Below, piece by piece: positions 1-9,266 of a stretch of 64,000 bases of DNA. The stretch covers positions 619,685-683,684 of the forward strand of contig JAHQJS010000007.1 of the NCBI GenBank assembly GCA_019057385.1. Reading direction: 5' to 3'. The notes under the pieces were generated by a model. It made no database searches, had not been told where the DNA came from, and saw nothing but the letters and a program-made list of their open reading frames with translations. Position 1 is the first letter of the stretch. Every line of letters begins with the position of its first letter. The stretch is from Candidatus Borrarchaeum weybense (GTDB lineage: Archaea > Asgardarchaeota > Sifarchaeia > Borrarchaeales > Borrarchaeaceae). The position numbers were made by a program, and so were the translations under genes.

Positions 1-213
1 TTTGGCATCAACATTTACTCTAAATGCCTCTTGCCCAATTCTTGCCGTAAGTAGTACATCAGTCTCTCCACTAACTCCCATAAGTTCTGTATCGAAACCT
101 AAGAAGTTAAAAGCATCTCTGATTGCTTCTTCAAATTCGGTTGGAGAGTCACTCTTATATTGAGCCTCAGCTAATCGTTCAATAATCGAACTAGCTTTCG
201 AAATTTTTTTCAA
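1..213 (-). CDS. Mrr-like PD-(D/E)XK restriction endonuclease domain protein, partial (runs off the window; missed by the ORF track)
   Basis: My translation from TTG at 213: MKKISKASSIIERLAEAQYKSDSPTEFEEAIRDAFNFLGFDTELMGVSGETDVLLTARIGQEAFRVNVDAK. FEE..LGF..G..TD..VDAK is the Mrr-cat pattern; GAGGGG precedes the start. Confidence 0.7.
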   Translation of the reverse strand, partial: MKKISKASSIIERLAEAQYKSDSPTEFEEAIRDAFNFLGFDTELMGVSGETDVLLTARIGQEAFRVNVDAK

Positions 214-550
214 CCCCTCTTATCCTTCTCTAGGATTCTTACCCTCTTATAAAAGAAATTAAATTCTTCGATTTATCTCAATGAATTTATTTTGTTGACG
301 AATAATCAAATCATCTTAATCCTACTTCAAAGATACTCTTTAGCTTCTTCTGTAATAAAAGCCTTTCTTCCTTTAATATCGGTCAATTCAAGAGCTGAAT
401 TTAGAAGGAATTTTATTTCTCTAAAAATCTCTCGATCTCTAAAAATATATTAATGCTGAACTTATAATGGGATATCACATATCCAATTTTCAAGTTTGAA
501 TTAGTTTTACTAGTTGTTATCTTAAGAATGACTTTTCAAGGGGGAATAAA

Positions 551-1165
551 ATGTCTGATATTAAAAAGGCTATTAGCACTCTAAAAAAGTCTTTTGAACG
601 TTTTAGCCAAGATTTTTTAAAAGCCCTATCATCTTTAGAGACCGCAGCTGAGCCTCCCTCTACAATTGATAAAAAACTAGCCATAGGCAAACTTTTCGAG
701 AAACAGAGTAGCATGACATTGAATGATATTAAAACAGGAATTAAAGCTAGTGCACTTAAAGAAATTAAACCTATCATTGAAGTTCTAATAAAAGAGGGAA
801 CACTTACTGTAGATGAAAGCACCCTAGGAAAAAGTGGAAAACCAATTGGCGATACGATCATTCAAAAAGGAAGCAGGACTACATCTGTTCGGCAAGTTAT
901 AAATGAAAAGGATTTCTTAAATATTTCACGAGAGGAATACAACAGACTTGTTCTTGCATCTGCAGTAACACCTTATGTAGAGATTGAAAAACTTAGAAAT
1001 AGAGTAACACAAAGATTGGGTATATCATCAAACGAATTTAATACTCTTCTAACAAAACTCAACACTCAAAATCCTGCCAGAGTTCAACTTGATCCAGGTA
1101 CTGGAAAATCTGGGCTTGGAATTGCTACATCGCGAGGAATCTGCTATTTTGTGATTATCAGGTGA
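551..1165 (+). CDS. hypothetical protein with two wHTH-like segments, co-transcribed with the ATPase
   Basis: 204-aa ORF ending 4 bp before the ATPase; helical wHTH-like segments (IEVLIKEGTL; EFNTLLTKL). Confidence 0.6.
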   Translation: MSDIKKAISTLKKSFERFSQDFLKALSSLETAAEPPSTIDKKLAIGKLFEKQSSMTLNDIKTGIKASALKEIKPIIEVLIKEGTLTVDESTLGKSGKPIGDTIIQKGSRTTSVRQVINEKDFLNISREEYNRLVLASAVTPYVEIEKLRNRVTQRLGISSNEFNTLLTKLNTQNPARVQLDPGTGKSGLGIATSRGICYFVIIR

Positions 1166-1169
1166 GAAT

Positions 1170-2984
1170 ATGCAACGTTACTCTTCTCTGGGTTTAGCTG
1201 AGAATCCTTTTCCTCCAACAGGTACACCTACGAGACACTGGATTTTAGCTGGGCAAAGTAGAATAAGAGCCTTTAGGCAATTAAAAGCGGCTCTTGAGGG
1301 AGCATCCAGAGGTAATATTTTAGGAGTAAGGATTTCAGGTGGAAATGGTCAAGGAAAAAGTCATTTAATGCGTCATGCAGAATATCATCTGAGCAAAGAG
1401 CCCGGCATGAAATCAGCTGTTTATATACATTGCCCTTCAGACCCTAGAGTTACACCAGACTTATGTCACTTAACGAAATTAATCTTGGATAGATTAGGCA
1501 GAGAAGATTTCTTAGAAAAACTTGCTTGGGGATTATATGGAGTCTCTTTAGCCAAAAGCTTACAAACTGGATCGTTTAAAGGTTTAAAAAGCAAAAGAAG
1601 GTTTCCTTTTAGAAGAAAGAAACATGATAAGAAATATGTGCAATACTTAATAAATAATTTAAATGAAGATCCGCTTTATATCGATGAAATTATCGATGAA
1701 ATTGACCTTGAAGTTTTGCAAAAAATGGTTAAGGATGATATCGAACGTCATGAAATGAAAGATATCTATGAATCATCATTTATTTCACCAGAAGTCACAA
1801 CACATATTCTTAATTCTGAACTAGAATCTGATAATTGGGAAAATCTGACTAACTTCTTCTATAATAATACAGAAAATGCTTTGATGACATTAAAAACTAT
1901 AGTTAATTTAATGCGCATTACAGGATATGATCTATTCACTCTGCTTGTAGACGAACTAGAAAGGGTAGAGGAAAGCAAACGAGATATCTTTCTGCAAACT
2001 CTTTGCCTTTTATTAGAATATGGTCCTCCTAATACATGTGTAGTTGTTGCTTGTACTCCAAAAATATGGGGTAAGATTCTTGGTATTGGAGAAGAACCAG
2101 CCTCTGATGTTGGCCCTGCATTAAAGAGGCGCTTTACAGAATTAGTACCACTTGAAAACATTGAAATTAGTGATGCGAACGAAATCGTTGCAGCATATCT
2201 TAAAGAAGCGGAACCCGCCCTTGGAATTAGAAAAAGAAGTGAAATTAGCCCTTTTTCTGAAGAATCTGTTGAAATGATTTGGAGAGAAGTTGGTGCGCTC
2301 CTGGGAGACCTTCTTATCTCTTGTTATGTTTCTATCGAACTAGCAACAGATCAGAACAAAAAATCAGTGGATCTTGCGATTTCTAACGAAGCCTTGGAAC
2401 GAGTTATTGCCGCAACAGGTCTTCCATTACAAACGCCTTCTATAAGCCCTCCACCAGCTCTTTCAAATCAAATTCTTGATGATTTCTGGGGAATTAGAAG
2501 AAACAGTGAAAGATCTTTTAAAGTTGAAAAAGCGTTGAGAGAAGTTCTTCAAAAAGCCGTTCCACAAGGAGGAATAATGAAAGTTCATTCAAAAAAGAAA
2601 AGACCATTAACAAGCCAAGGTCGTCGTGAGATAGACGTATTAGCTTATAAGGGGCCAAAACCCATTGGTTTTGAGGTTAAAGCATACGAAATTAAAAATG
2701 AAGTTGCTAAAAAGGAATTAGAAGCGACTTTTCTAATTGCGGATGAAAATCTCGTAAACCATCTTGTTATTGTTTCAACATCAACATTAAGCATTGAAGC
2801 GGCAAATGAATTGCAGAAGCGTTCTGAAAAAGTTTCTTTGGTCTTTCTGGACGAACCAAAACTTACATTGCTCTTATACGTCAGCAACGTTATGGGAATA
2901 CAGCGAGGGGCTTCACTCCAACCAGATGAGGCAATCGAAGCCCTCAAACAAATCGGTGTAATGGAGATAATAGATAACTGCTAA
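1170..2984 (+). CDS. P-loop ATPase (BrxD/DUF2791-like AAA+) with C-terminal PD-(D/E)XK nuclease domain
   Basis: LGLAENPF N-terminus, Walker A GGNGQGKSH, Walker B LLVDELE, C-terminal EIDVL...GFEVK nuclease motif. Confidence 0.75.
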   Translation: MQRYSSLGLAENPFPPTGTPTRHWILAGQSRIRAFRQLKAALEGASRGNILGVRISGGNGQGKSHLMRHAEYHLSKEPGMKSAVYIHCPSDPRVTPDLCHLTKLILDRLGREDFLEKLAWGLYGVSLAKSLQTGSFKGLKSKRRFPFRRKKHDKKYVQYLINNLNEDPLYIDEIIDEIDLEVLQKMVKDDIERHEMKDIYESSFISPEVTTHILNSELESDNWENLTNFFYNNTENALMTLKTIVNLMRITGYDLFTLLVDELERVEESKRDIFLQTLCLLLEYGPPNTCVVVACTPKIWGKILGIGEEPASDVGPALKRRFTELVPLENIEISDANEIVAAYLKEAEPALGIRKRSEISPFSEESVEMIWREVGALLGDLLISCYVSIELATDQNKKSVDLAISNEALERVIAATGLPLQTPSISPPPALSNQILDDFWGIRRNSERSFKVEKALREVLQKAVPQGGIMKVHSKKKRPLTSQGRREIDVLAYKGPKPIGFEVKAYEIKNEVAKKELEATFLIADENLVNHLVIVSTSTLSIEAANELQKRSEKVSLVFLDEPKLTLLLYVSNVMGIQRGASLQPDEAIEALKQIGVMEIIDNC

Positions 2985-3136
2985 GAATCCTTAAAATATA
3001 TTTTTTACCTCTATTATACAAGTTGAATGCCAGCAAAATACAAACTAATTCATGTAATCTTTTTTCTAACTTCTCATATCACGATTAAGAAACTTTGCTC
3101 TCATTCTTCTCAGATTTGTTTTCACGAGAATTGATA

Positions 3137-3859
3137 TCATACAAGTTTTGGTAAGATCACATCCCATTCTTTATTTGCAACCCACAAATCAGCTGTATTA
3201 CGACTTGGGAAAATGGAAAATATTAAATCGAATTTGTGTTTCTTTATATGAATTTTATGAACGCTACCATGTTTAAATTCAGGCTTTTTTAGTTTGAAAT
3301 AGTTTTTAGCAACTGTATTTCCCAAACATAAGACTTTTTTTGGTTGAAGAATTTCAATTTGCTCATCAAGATAGCTACGACAATGTTGAATGGCTATTAA
3401 TCTATTATCAGAACCTCTAAGGTTATTTTCCCTATCGCGACCTTGCCACACAAAACATTTAATAAGATCTGTAAAAATCCAAGTTTTTCCTTTATCGTTT
3501 AGTGCCTGAAACAAGATTCTCATTTCTTTTTGATTGAATTTTTGGAGAGGTTCATTTAGGTAATACTCCGCAAATTGAGTAACTTCGGAATCTAAATCTA
3601 GTTGTGGGCGAAAATTTTGCGCTCTCCCTCCACCATGGGCTTCAGCGATAACAAGTAAATCAACTGGTAATTTCACAATTTCCGAGGAAAAACCCAGAAG
3701 CATGTTGCTATAACATTCATTATGCTTTTTGTCATAATGAGCGAATTGAGTCCTATCTAAATAACAGCTTTCGCAGTAAGACCGCATGTTGACCTTTTCG
3801 AAAAATTTTCGACTGGTTGGCTCGGTCAGTATACCACATGTCATAGAATCCCTTTCCAT
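3137..3859 (-). CDS. uracil-DNA glycosylase superfamily protein
   Basis: VIAEAHGG, FTDLIKC, CRSYLDEQIEILQPKKVLCLG and FPS motifs. Confidence 0.75.
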   Translation of the reverse strand: MERDSMTCGILTEPTSRKFFEKVNMRSYCESCYLDRTQFAHYDKKHNECYSNMLLGFSSEIVKLPVDLLVIAEAHGGGRAQNFRPQLDLDSEVTQFAEYYLNEPLQKFNQKEMRILFQALNDKGKTWIFTDLIKCFVWQGRDRENNLRGSDNRLIAIQHCRSYLDEQIEILQPKKVLCLGNTVAKNYFKLKKPEFKHGSVHKIHIKKHKFDLIFSIFPSRNTADLWVANKEWDVILPKLV

Positions 3860-4020
3860 TATAAGTTATTCTAATAAATTTGTAATTCATTTTTTAATTA
3901 ATTTAAAATCATCTATAGATCCTTAAATTAAGACATTCCAAACGAGAAGGCTGAAAAAACATAGATTTCGCCAACAAAGGAGTTATTATTCTAAACAATT
4001 TCTTGTCTATTCAATGGTCG

Positions 4021-5766
4021 TCAATGATCTTTATTTCTTAACTCTTTCTCTATCAGTTTGCGAATTGTAGTCCGTATATATTCTTCAAATTTGCTTATAT
4101 CATCAAAATTAATGGAAACATCTTCTTCATGGATTAAAGAGTTACGTTTTTTATAAAATTCTTGTATTTCCCTTTTAATTTTTCTTCCTTCATCAAGATT
4201 TTGCGCTAAAAGTTGAGCTGTTTTCTCAGCAATTTTTTTTCCAATGCTTTTTTTCATATAAGACTTTTTAAATAGTGATTCAAATGATCTTATATAAAAC
4301 AAGAACTTATCCTCCAACCTCTCGTACTCATATGCAGAGTTTAAACGTTTCAAGGCTTTGTTTAACCGAGGAAATTGACTTAAATCCAATTCATTGAAAT
4401 CTTTCCAAAAAATCTTGAATTCGTTAACTTCAGTTTTTTTCAAGTAATATAGTTCTCCCAAAAACCTATTTTGTGAATGAAGAGGCGTGTAAGTATCCCT
4501 TAAATGAGCTAGAAAATAAGCTTCTAAGCAAGGCATTATCAGGATCATATTGAAACTTACTAGACCTGATTTGAATAGTCTTAAAGCTGTAACTAATTTG
4601 TTGAACCTTTCATTTAATTCTTTAGAATCTATGTCAACTGGCGTTGTTCCGTCTCCTAAAGCCTTCTTTAATTTGTATTTGAATTCGATTAAATGAACAG
4701 TAGCACGGAGTCTCTTATGTTCCCATTTTTTACCCTTTATATCAGGTTTTAAGCGACAATTTGTTGGAAAGATTTTCCCATCAATTTCTATAACCGAACC
4801 GTCATAAAGAACATTTAACGAATAAGTTTGATTTGACAAGTTCTTCATACCTATGCAGCAGGCTTCTGGAATGCTTGCCTTTCTTATCAATAGACCGTCG
4901 CCCAAGTCTATTTCATCAACTTCACTGTGAAAGGAAAAGAGCTTAGAAAATGCTCTGAAAGATATCTCATCGCTGAAAAAGAACTTTTCTAACTCTTCAT
5001 ATGCCACTTCAAACATTTCAGGATCAAATTCAATTTTATAGGTTGTTTGACTTTTAAAAAAAGTTTTATATGAAAGAAATTGTGTTCTTAAAAGGTATGT
5101 TAAATAATCACCTACGAATCGTCTAAAATGTCTTAATCCAGTGCCAACTGAGCGATCCAGGTGTGTGGATATTACAGGATCTGAATGCATAATTTTTGAG
5201 CAAGTTTTGAATTCTTTCAAACTTTTTATTTTACCAATTAAGTCCCAATGGAAAACAGGCGGCATAGTTGTAGTCATATCGTTGATGTAGAAAAAGTAAT
5301 TTTCCGCTGCTTCTTGGATTCCTTGAATAAATTCTTCATCTCTATTAAATAATTCCAGTGCTGAAATGACGAAGTCCTTGCTAGTATTATAGAACCTTGT
5401 ATTTCTCGGTGGTGATAGTCTAGACGAACTGTCTTTTTTTATTGCAGTTTCTCTCATTCTATTTAATTCTTTTACTTCTTCTATTCTAAGTTTTCTCATC
5501 TCTGGTAAGTTTTCTATCATTTTATTCATATGGTTTATTATCTCATCCTCAGCAATTCTTAGTGCTTTGTTATGAGATTCATTAATCAAGTCCCTTTTAA
5601 GATCATCCCATTTCTTTTCAAAAACAGTATCATATTGTTGTTCATACTTTCCAAGATTCTCAATAAATGTACATTTCCAAGTTTTATGCAATTCTTCTCG
5701 ATTTTTCTCCAATAAGCCTTTACTCTGTTCTTCAGTGTTATTTTCTGCCAAATATTTCACTTCCAA
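4021..5766 (-). CDS. ApeA-like HEPN domain protein with long N-terminal extension
   Basis: C-terminal FESLF...EFYKKRNSLIH (Rx4H HEPN motif) preceded by LVTALRLFK. Confidence 0.7.
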   Translation of the reverse strand: MEVKYLAENNTEEQSKGLLEKNREELHKTWKCTFIENLGKYEQQYDTVFEKKWDDLKRDLINESHNKALRIAEDEIINHMNKMIENLPEMRKLRIEEVKELNRMRETAIKKDSSSRLSPPRNTRFYNTSKDFVISALELFNRDEEFIQGIQEAAENYFFYINDMTTTMPPVFHWDLIGKIKSLKEFKTCSKIMHSDPVISTHLDRSVGTGLRHFRRFVGDYLTYLLRTQFLSYKTFFKSQTTYKIEFDPEMFEVAYEELEKFFFSDEISFRAFSKLFSFHSEVDEIDLGDGLLIRKASIPEACCIGMKNLSNQTYSLNVLYDGSVIEIDGKIFPTNCRLKPDIKGKKWEHKRLRATVHLIEFKYKLKKALGDGTTPVDIDSKELNERFNKLVTALRLFKSGLVSFNMILIMPCLEAYFLAHLRDTYTPLHSQNRFLGELYYLKKTEVNEFKIFWKDFNELDLSQFPRLNKALKRLNSAYEYERLEDKFLFYIRSFESLFKKSYMKKSIGKKIAEKTAQLLAQNLDEGRKIKREIQEFYKKRNSLIHEEDVSINFDDISKFEEYIRTTIRKLIEKELRNKDH

Positions 5767-5821
5767 GTTATTTGCATTACTTAATTAAATCGTTCATATA
5801 TCGATTGCTTCAAAGTATGCC

Positions 5822-6586
5822 CTATTTGTGCTTTAATTTCAATTCTTCTTCGATCTTGTTCTTTATATCATTTACAGGGCTTAATGCTTTTCCTAACGAA
5901 GATAATTCCACCCATTTAGTTCTTCCCTTTTTTACCTCTAAGATTAAACCATCATCTACCAATCTACTGACAATCTTTAGAATGTATGATAGAGAACCCG
6001 TCCCAGTTTTCTTTTTGTAAACCTCTTGAATTGTGGATATGCTAAGTCGCGGATTTTCAGATAAAATCGTTAACACAAGTTTTTCTTGCTTTGACAAGTC
6101 TCGGTAGAGCCAAAGGTTTTGCATGTTTCCTGTATCTTTTTCAAATAAATAAATTGAAAAAATAAAAGGTTTGAATTCTGCTGCGGCTTGATATAACGCC
6201 ATGCGCCATAACATTAGACCAGAATTAAGATTAATTGCAATCCTATACCCTTGCGTCTTAATATAGTCAAGTAATGCACGAAAATAGCGAAGAAGTTCAT
6301 AAAAATCATCTGTACTCGTTGGTTCTAATAGACTGAAATTTCTTCTCTTTTCAGTAGGCATCTGCTCTTCATTTTCATTAAGCTCTTCCATTAATAGTTT
6401 TGCTTCTTCAAAATAATCTATAAGTTTAGGTCTCTTTTTTTCTGAAACTTCTTTATACTTTGGTTTTGGACGCTCTTTTGGTTTGTTAGATATGATTATT
6501 AACCATTTAGTATTGGGAAACTCTCTTAATGCAAGTTTTATCCAGAGATCTTCTCCACCATAGAGAAAAATTTGACAGAGTTCCAT
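5822..6586 (-). CDS. CARF (Csa3/DUF6293-like) plus wHTH transcriptional regulator
   Basis: Rossmann-like N-terminus with IAINLNSG..RMALYQAA; C-terminal wHTH LVDDGLI..KKGRTKWVELSSLG. The ATG at 6586 lies about 24 nt from a TATA box (ORF track start 6604). Confidence 0.75.
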   Translation of the reverse strand: MELCQIFLYGGEDLWIKLALREFPNTKWLIIISNKPKERPKPKYKEVSEKKRPKLIDYFEEAKLLMEELNENEEQMPTEKRRNFSLLEPTSTDDFYELLRYFRALLDYIKTQGYRIAINLNSGLMLWRMALYQAAAEFKPFIFSIYLFEKDTGNMQNLWLYRDLSKQEKLVLTILSENPRLSISTIQEVYKKKTGTGSLSYILKIVSRLVDDGLILEVKKGRTKWVELSSLGKALSPVNDIKNKIEEELKLKHK

Positions 6587-6609
6587 AGTTAAAAATAGTA
6601 TCATGAATC

Positions 6610-6665
6610 TATATATACTTTCCTATTTTTAGGGAAAGTTTTATTAATTATGACAGTAATTGTCA
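6610..6665. promoter_or_regulatory. back-to-back BRE/TATA promoters plus palindromic operator TGACA-N5-TGTCA
   Basis: GGAAAGTATATATAG on the minus strand, GGAAAGTTTTATTAA on the plus strand, and TGACAGTAATTGTCA at 6651-6665. Confidence 0.6.
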
Positions 6666-6693
6666 AATCATGAAACTTTTAGAAGGTGAAATA

Positions 6694-6819
6694 ATGGGAA
6701 AAAATAAAAAAATGACTTTAAAAAGTGCGAGTCGTATTCAATCACATGCAGATAAGACAGGAAAAAATCTAAGATTCAAAACAAGAGCACAAAGAGCAGC
6801 TAGCCGGAATAAGAAGTAA
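6694..6819 (+). CDS. 41-aa basic peptide (SRIQS...RAQRAA), candidate precursor or effector; below the ORF-track cutoff
   Basis: MGKNKKMTLKSASRIQSHADKTGKNLRFKTRAQRAASRNKK*; GAAGGTGA SD upstream; alternative in-frame ATG at 6670. Confidence 0.7.
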   Translation: MGKNKKMTLKSASRIQSHADKTGKNLRFKTRAQRAASRNKK

Positions 6820-6994
6820 TCCAATCGTGTGTATGGAAATGCTAAATGAAACTCAGAAATTTGAGCAAATATATCCAAAAAGGCTTCTTATTGATCATTA
6901 TTATTTATTGATAGATCTTGAAACAATGATGAAAAGAAAGAATAGTAGATATTCAAATTCTGTGAGTATTTATTCTTCGTAATGGGGGTAGGAA

Positions 6995-8233
6995 ATGAAA
7001 ATTCTCCACATTATCCACAGATTTCCTCCATATTATATGGCAGGCTCTGAAGTGTACACCTTTAATCTCTGCAAAGAATTAGCAAAGTCAAACGATATAT
7101 GGATATTCACTCGTATTGAAGACTCTTATCTTCCTCATTACCAAGTTGAATATAACAGTCTTGATAGAATGAATGTCGTACGTGTGAATAAACCGAGTCG
7201 TGATTATACTTTTAGAAGTAAATATATTGATAAGCATATAGAAAGAATATTTGAAGGTTATTTACAAAGAATTAAGCCCGAAATCGTTCATATTGGACAC
7301 TTAAGTCATTTAAGTACAACCATTGTTGATATAATAAAGGATCATGGTGTCCCAATAGTTTTCACTTTACACGATTATTGGATGATTTGTGCACGGGGGC
7401 AACTTATCCAGAATAATACGCATCTTTGTGGGGGTCCAAGAGCTGAAAATTGCGCAAGATGTTTTGAATCATATTTTCTGTCAAAAAATGATTCAATTCG
7501 GGAGATCAAGATATGGGAAAAACAACTCTCGAATGTAAGAAACGAAATTGATGTGTATATCGCACCTTCTCAATTTTTGCAGAATATGTATGTGAAAATG
7601 GGCGTTCCTAAAGAAAAAATTATATATTTAAATTATGGATTCAACGTTTCAGCCTTTGAATTCTTTGAAAAAAAGATTTCCAAGAGAATTAGATTCGGGT
7701 TTATGGGACGTATCATCCCAGTTAAAGGCGTTGATCTTCTTATTGATGCATTTAATGATATTAATGCAAAAAATGCGGAACTCAACATTTACGGAGAAGT
7801 CGATCCTTCTACGAGATATCTTGAACGTAAAGTTCAGAATTTGCATATCCATTTTCGGGGACCATATAAGAATTGGAATATTGCAGAGATATTAGCGGAG
7901 ATAGACGTTTTAGTTGTTCCGTCGATTTGGTATGAGAATTCTCCATTAGTGATTCACGAAGCATTTCTTGCTAGAATTCCAGTTATCACTTCTAATCTTG
8001 GAGGCATGGCAGAGCTAGTACAACATGGTAAGAACGGACTATTATTCCGACCTAGAGATGTGGACGACCTTCGAAACAAGATAGAGGCTTTTATCAACGA
8101 ACCTGAATTAATTAAAAAACTATCCCCAGATCCGACTCAAGTTCGGACAATTCAAGATGACGCCGCGGCAATTATGTCTATTTACAAGCAGCTCTTGACA
8201 TCAAAATTATCGAGGTCAATTTATGCCACATAA
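6995..8233 (+). CDS. GT4 family glycosyltransferase
   Basis: MKILHI..FPP..AGSEVY, TLHDYWMIC, FMGRIIPVKG, PSIWYENSPLVIHEA. Confidence 0.9.
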   Translation: MKILHIIHRFPPYYMAGSEVYTFNLCKELAKSNDIWIFTRIEDSYLPHYQVEYNSLDRMNVVRVNKPSRDYTFRSKYIDKHIERIFEGYLQRIKPEIVHIGHLSHLSTTIVDIIKDHGVPIVFTLHDYWMICARGQLIQNNTHLCGGPRAENCARCFESYFLSKNDSIREIKIWEKQLSNVRNEIDVYIAPSQFLQNMYVKMGVPKEKIIYLNYGFNVSAFEFFEKKISKRIRFGFMGRIIPVKGVDLLIDAFNDINAKNAELNIYGEVDPSTRYLERKVQNLHIHFRGPYKNWNIAEILAEIDVLVVPSIWYENSPLVIHEAFLARIPVITSNLGGMAELVQHGKNGLLFRPRDVDDLRNKIEAFINEPELIKKLSPDPTQVRTIQDDAAAIMSIYKQLLTSKLSRSIYAT

Positions 8234-9266
8234 ATTGAAAGGACCATGGCGTATCACTTTCGATACAAACCCTGACGACTGCAATCTTCATTGTATCATG
8301 TGTGAGGAACATAGTCCATTTAAGAAGTCCACTTCTGATAGGACAAGCGAGGATTCTCCACGTAGAATGGATTTCGCCTTGATCAAGCGAATAATTAAGG
8401 AAGCAAACCATTATGGGCTACGGGAAATCATCCCATCCACAATGGGAGAACCCCTTTTATACCAAAACTTCGAAAAAATAATCGAACTCTGCCACAAATA
8501 TAGCTTTAAATTAAATCTTACAACAAATGGCACCTTTCCTCGAAGGTCAGCCAGAGAATGGTCCTTATTGATCGCGCCAGTTGCAAGCGATGTAAAAATA
8601 TCATGGAATGGTTCAACTGCAGAAACTTCTGATTTTATTATGCAAGGATCTAAATTTAATTCAAAATTTCAAAATGTGCGTGAGTTCATAGCTGTTCGCG
8701 ACGAAATCGCTTCAAAGGGGCTCAATAGATGTCGAATAACCGTTCAGGTAACGTTTATGGAATACAACTTCGAAGAGTTACCCGATATTATCAAGTTAGC
8801 TGCAGAACTCGGAATTGATCGTGTAAAGGGGCATCACGTATGGGTACATTGCAAAGAGATGGAAGATCAATCTATGCGCCGTAACGAGAAGTCTATCAAG
8901 AAATGGAATGAAATGGTTAAGCTATTAGAGGAGACGGCAGAAAGATATCGTCTTCCATCGGGAGAGAAGGTTATATTGGATAATATCTTTCCCCTGACGT
9001 TTGGAACTAAGGAATTAATGCCAGATGCTGTCTGCCCATTTTTAGATCAAGAAGCATGGATAGCCACAGATGGGCGCTTCAATCCATGTTGTGCACCAGA
9101 TAATTTACGTCGCACATTAGGAGACTTTGGAAATCTGTATGAACGGAATTTAATGGAAATTTGGAACAGTCCTGCTTACGAGTATCTGTGTAAAAATTAT
9201 CTCAACTATCAAGTCTGTAAAAGCTGTAATATGCGCCGACCACCATTACAAAGGAGATCATGCTGA
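8223..9266 (+). CDS. radical SAM enzyme with SPASM/Twitch domain
   Basis: CNLHCIMC (CxxxCxxC), GEPLL, TTNG; C-terminal CPFL..DGRFNPCC..GNL..EIWNS..CKSC. Overlaps the GT stop. Confidence 0.9.
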   Translation: MPHKLKGPWRITFDTNPDDCNLHCIMCEEHSPFKKSTSDRTSEDSPRRMDFALIKRIIKEANHYGLREIIPSTMGEPLLYQNFEKIIELCHKYSFKLNLTTNGTFPRRSAREWSLLIAPVASDVKISWNGSTAETSDFIMQGSKFNSKFQNVREFIAVRDEIASKGLNRCRITVQVTFMEYNFEELPDIIKLAAELGIDRVKGHHVWVHCKEMEDQSMRRNEKSIKKWNEMVKLLEETAERYRLPSGEKVILDNIFPLTFGTKELMPDAVCPFLDQEAWIATDGRFNPCCAPDNLRRTLGDFGNLYERNLMEIWNSPAYEYLCKNYLNYQVCKSCNMRRPPLQRRSC

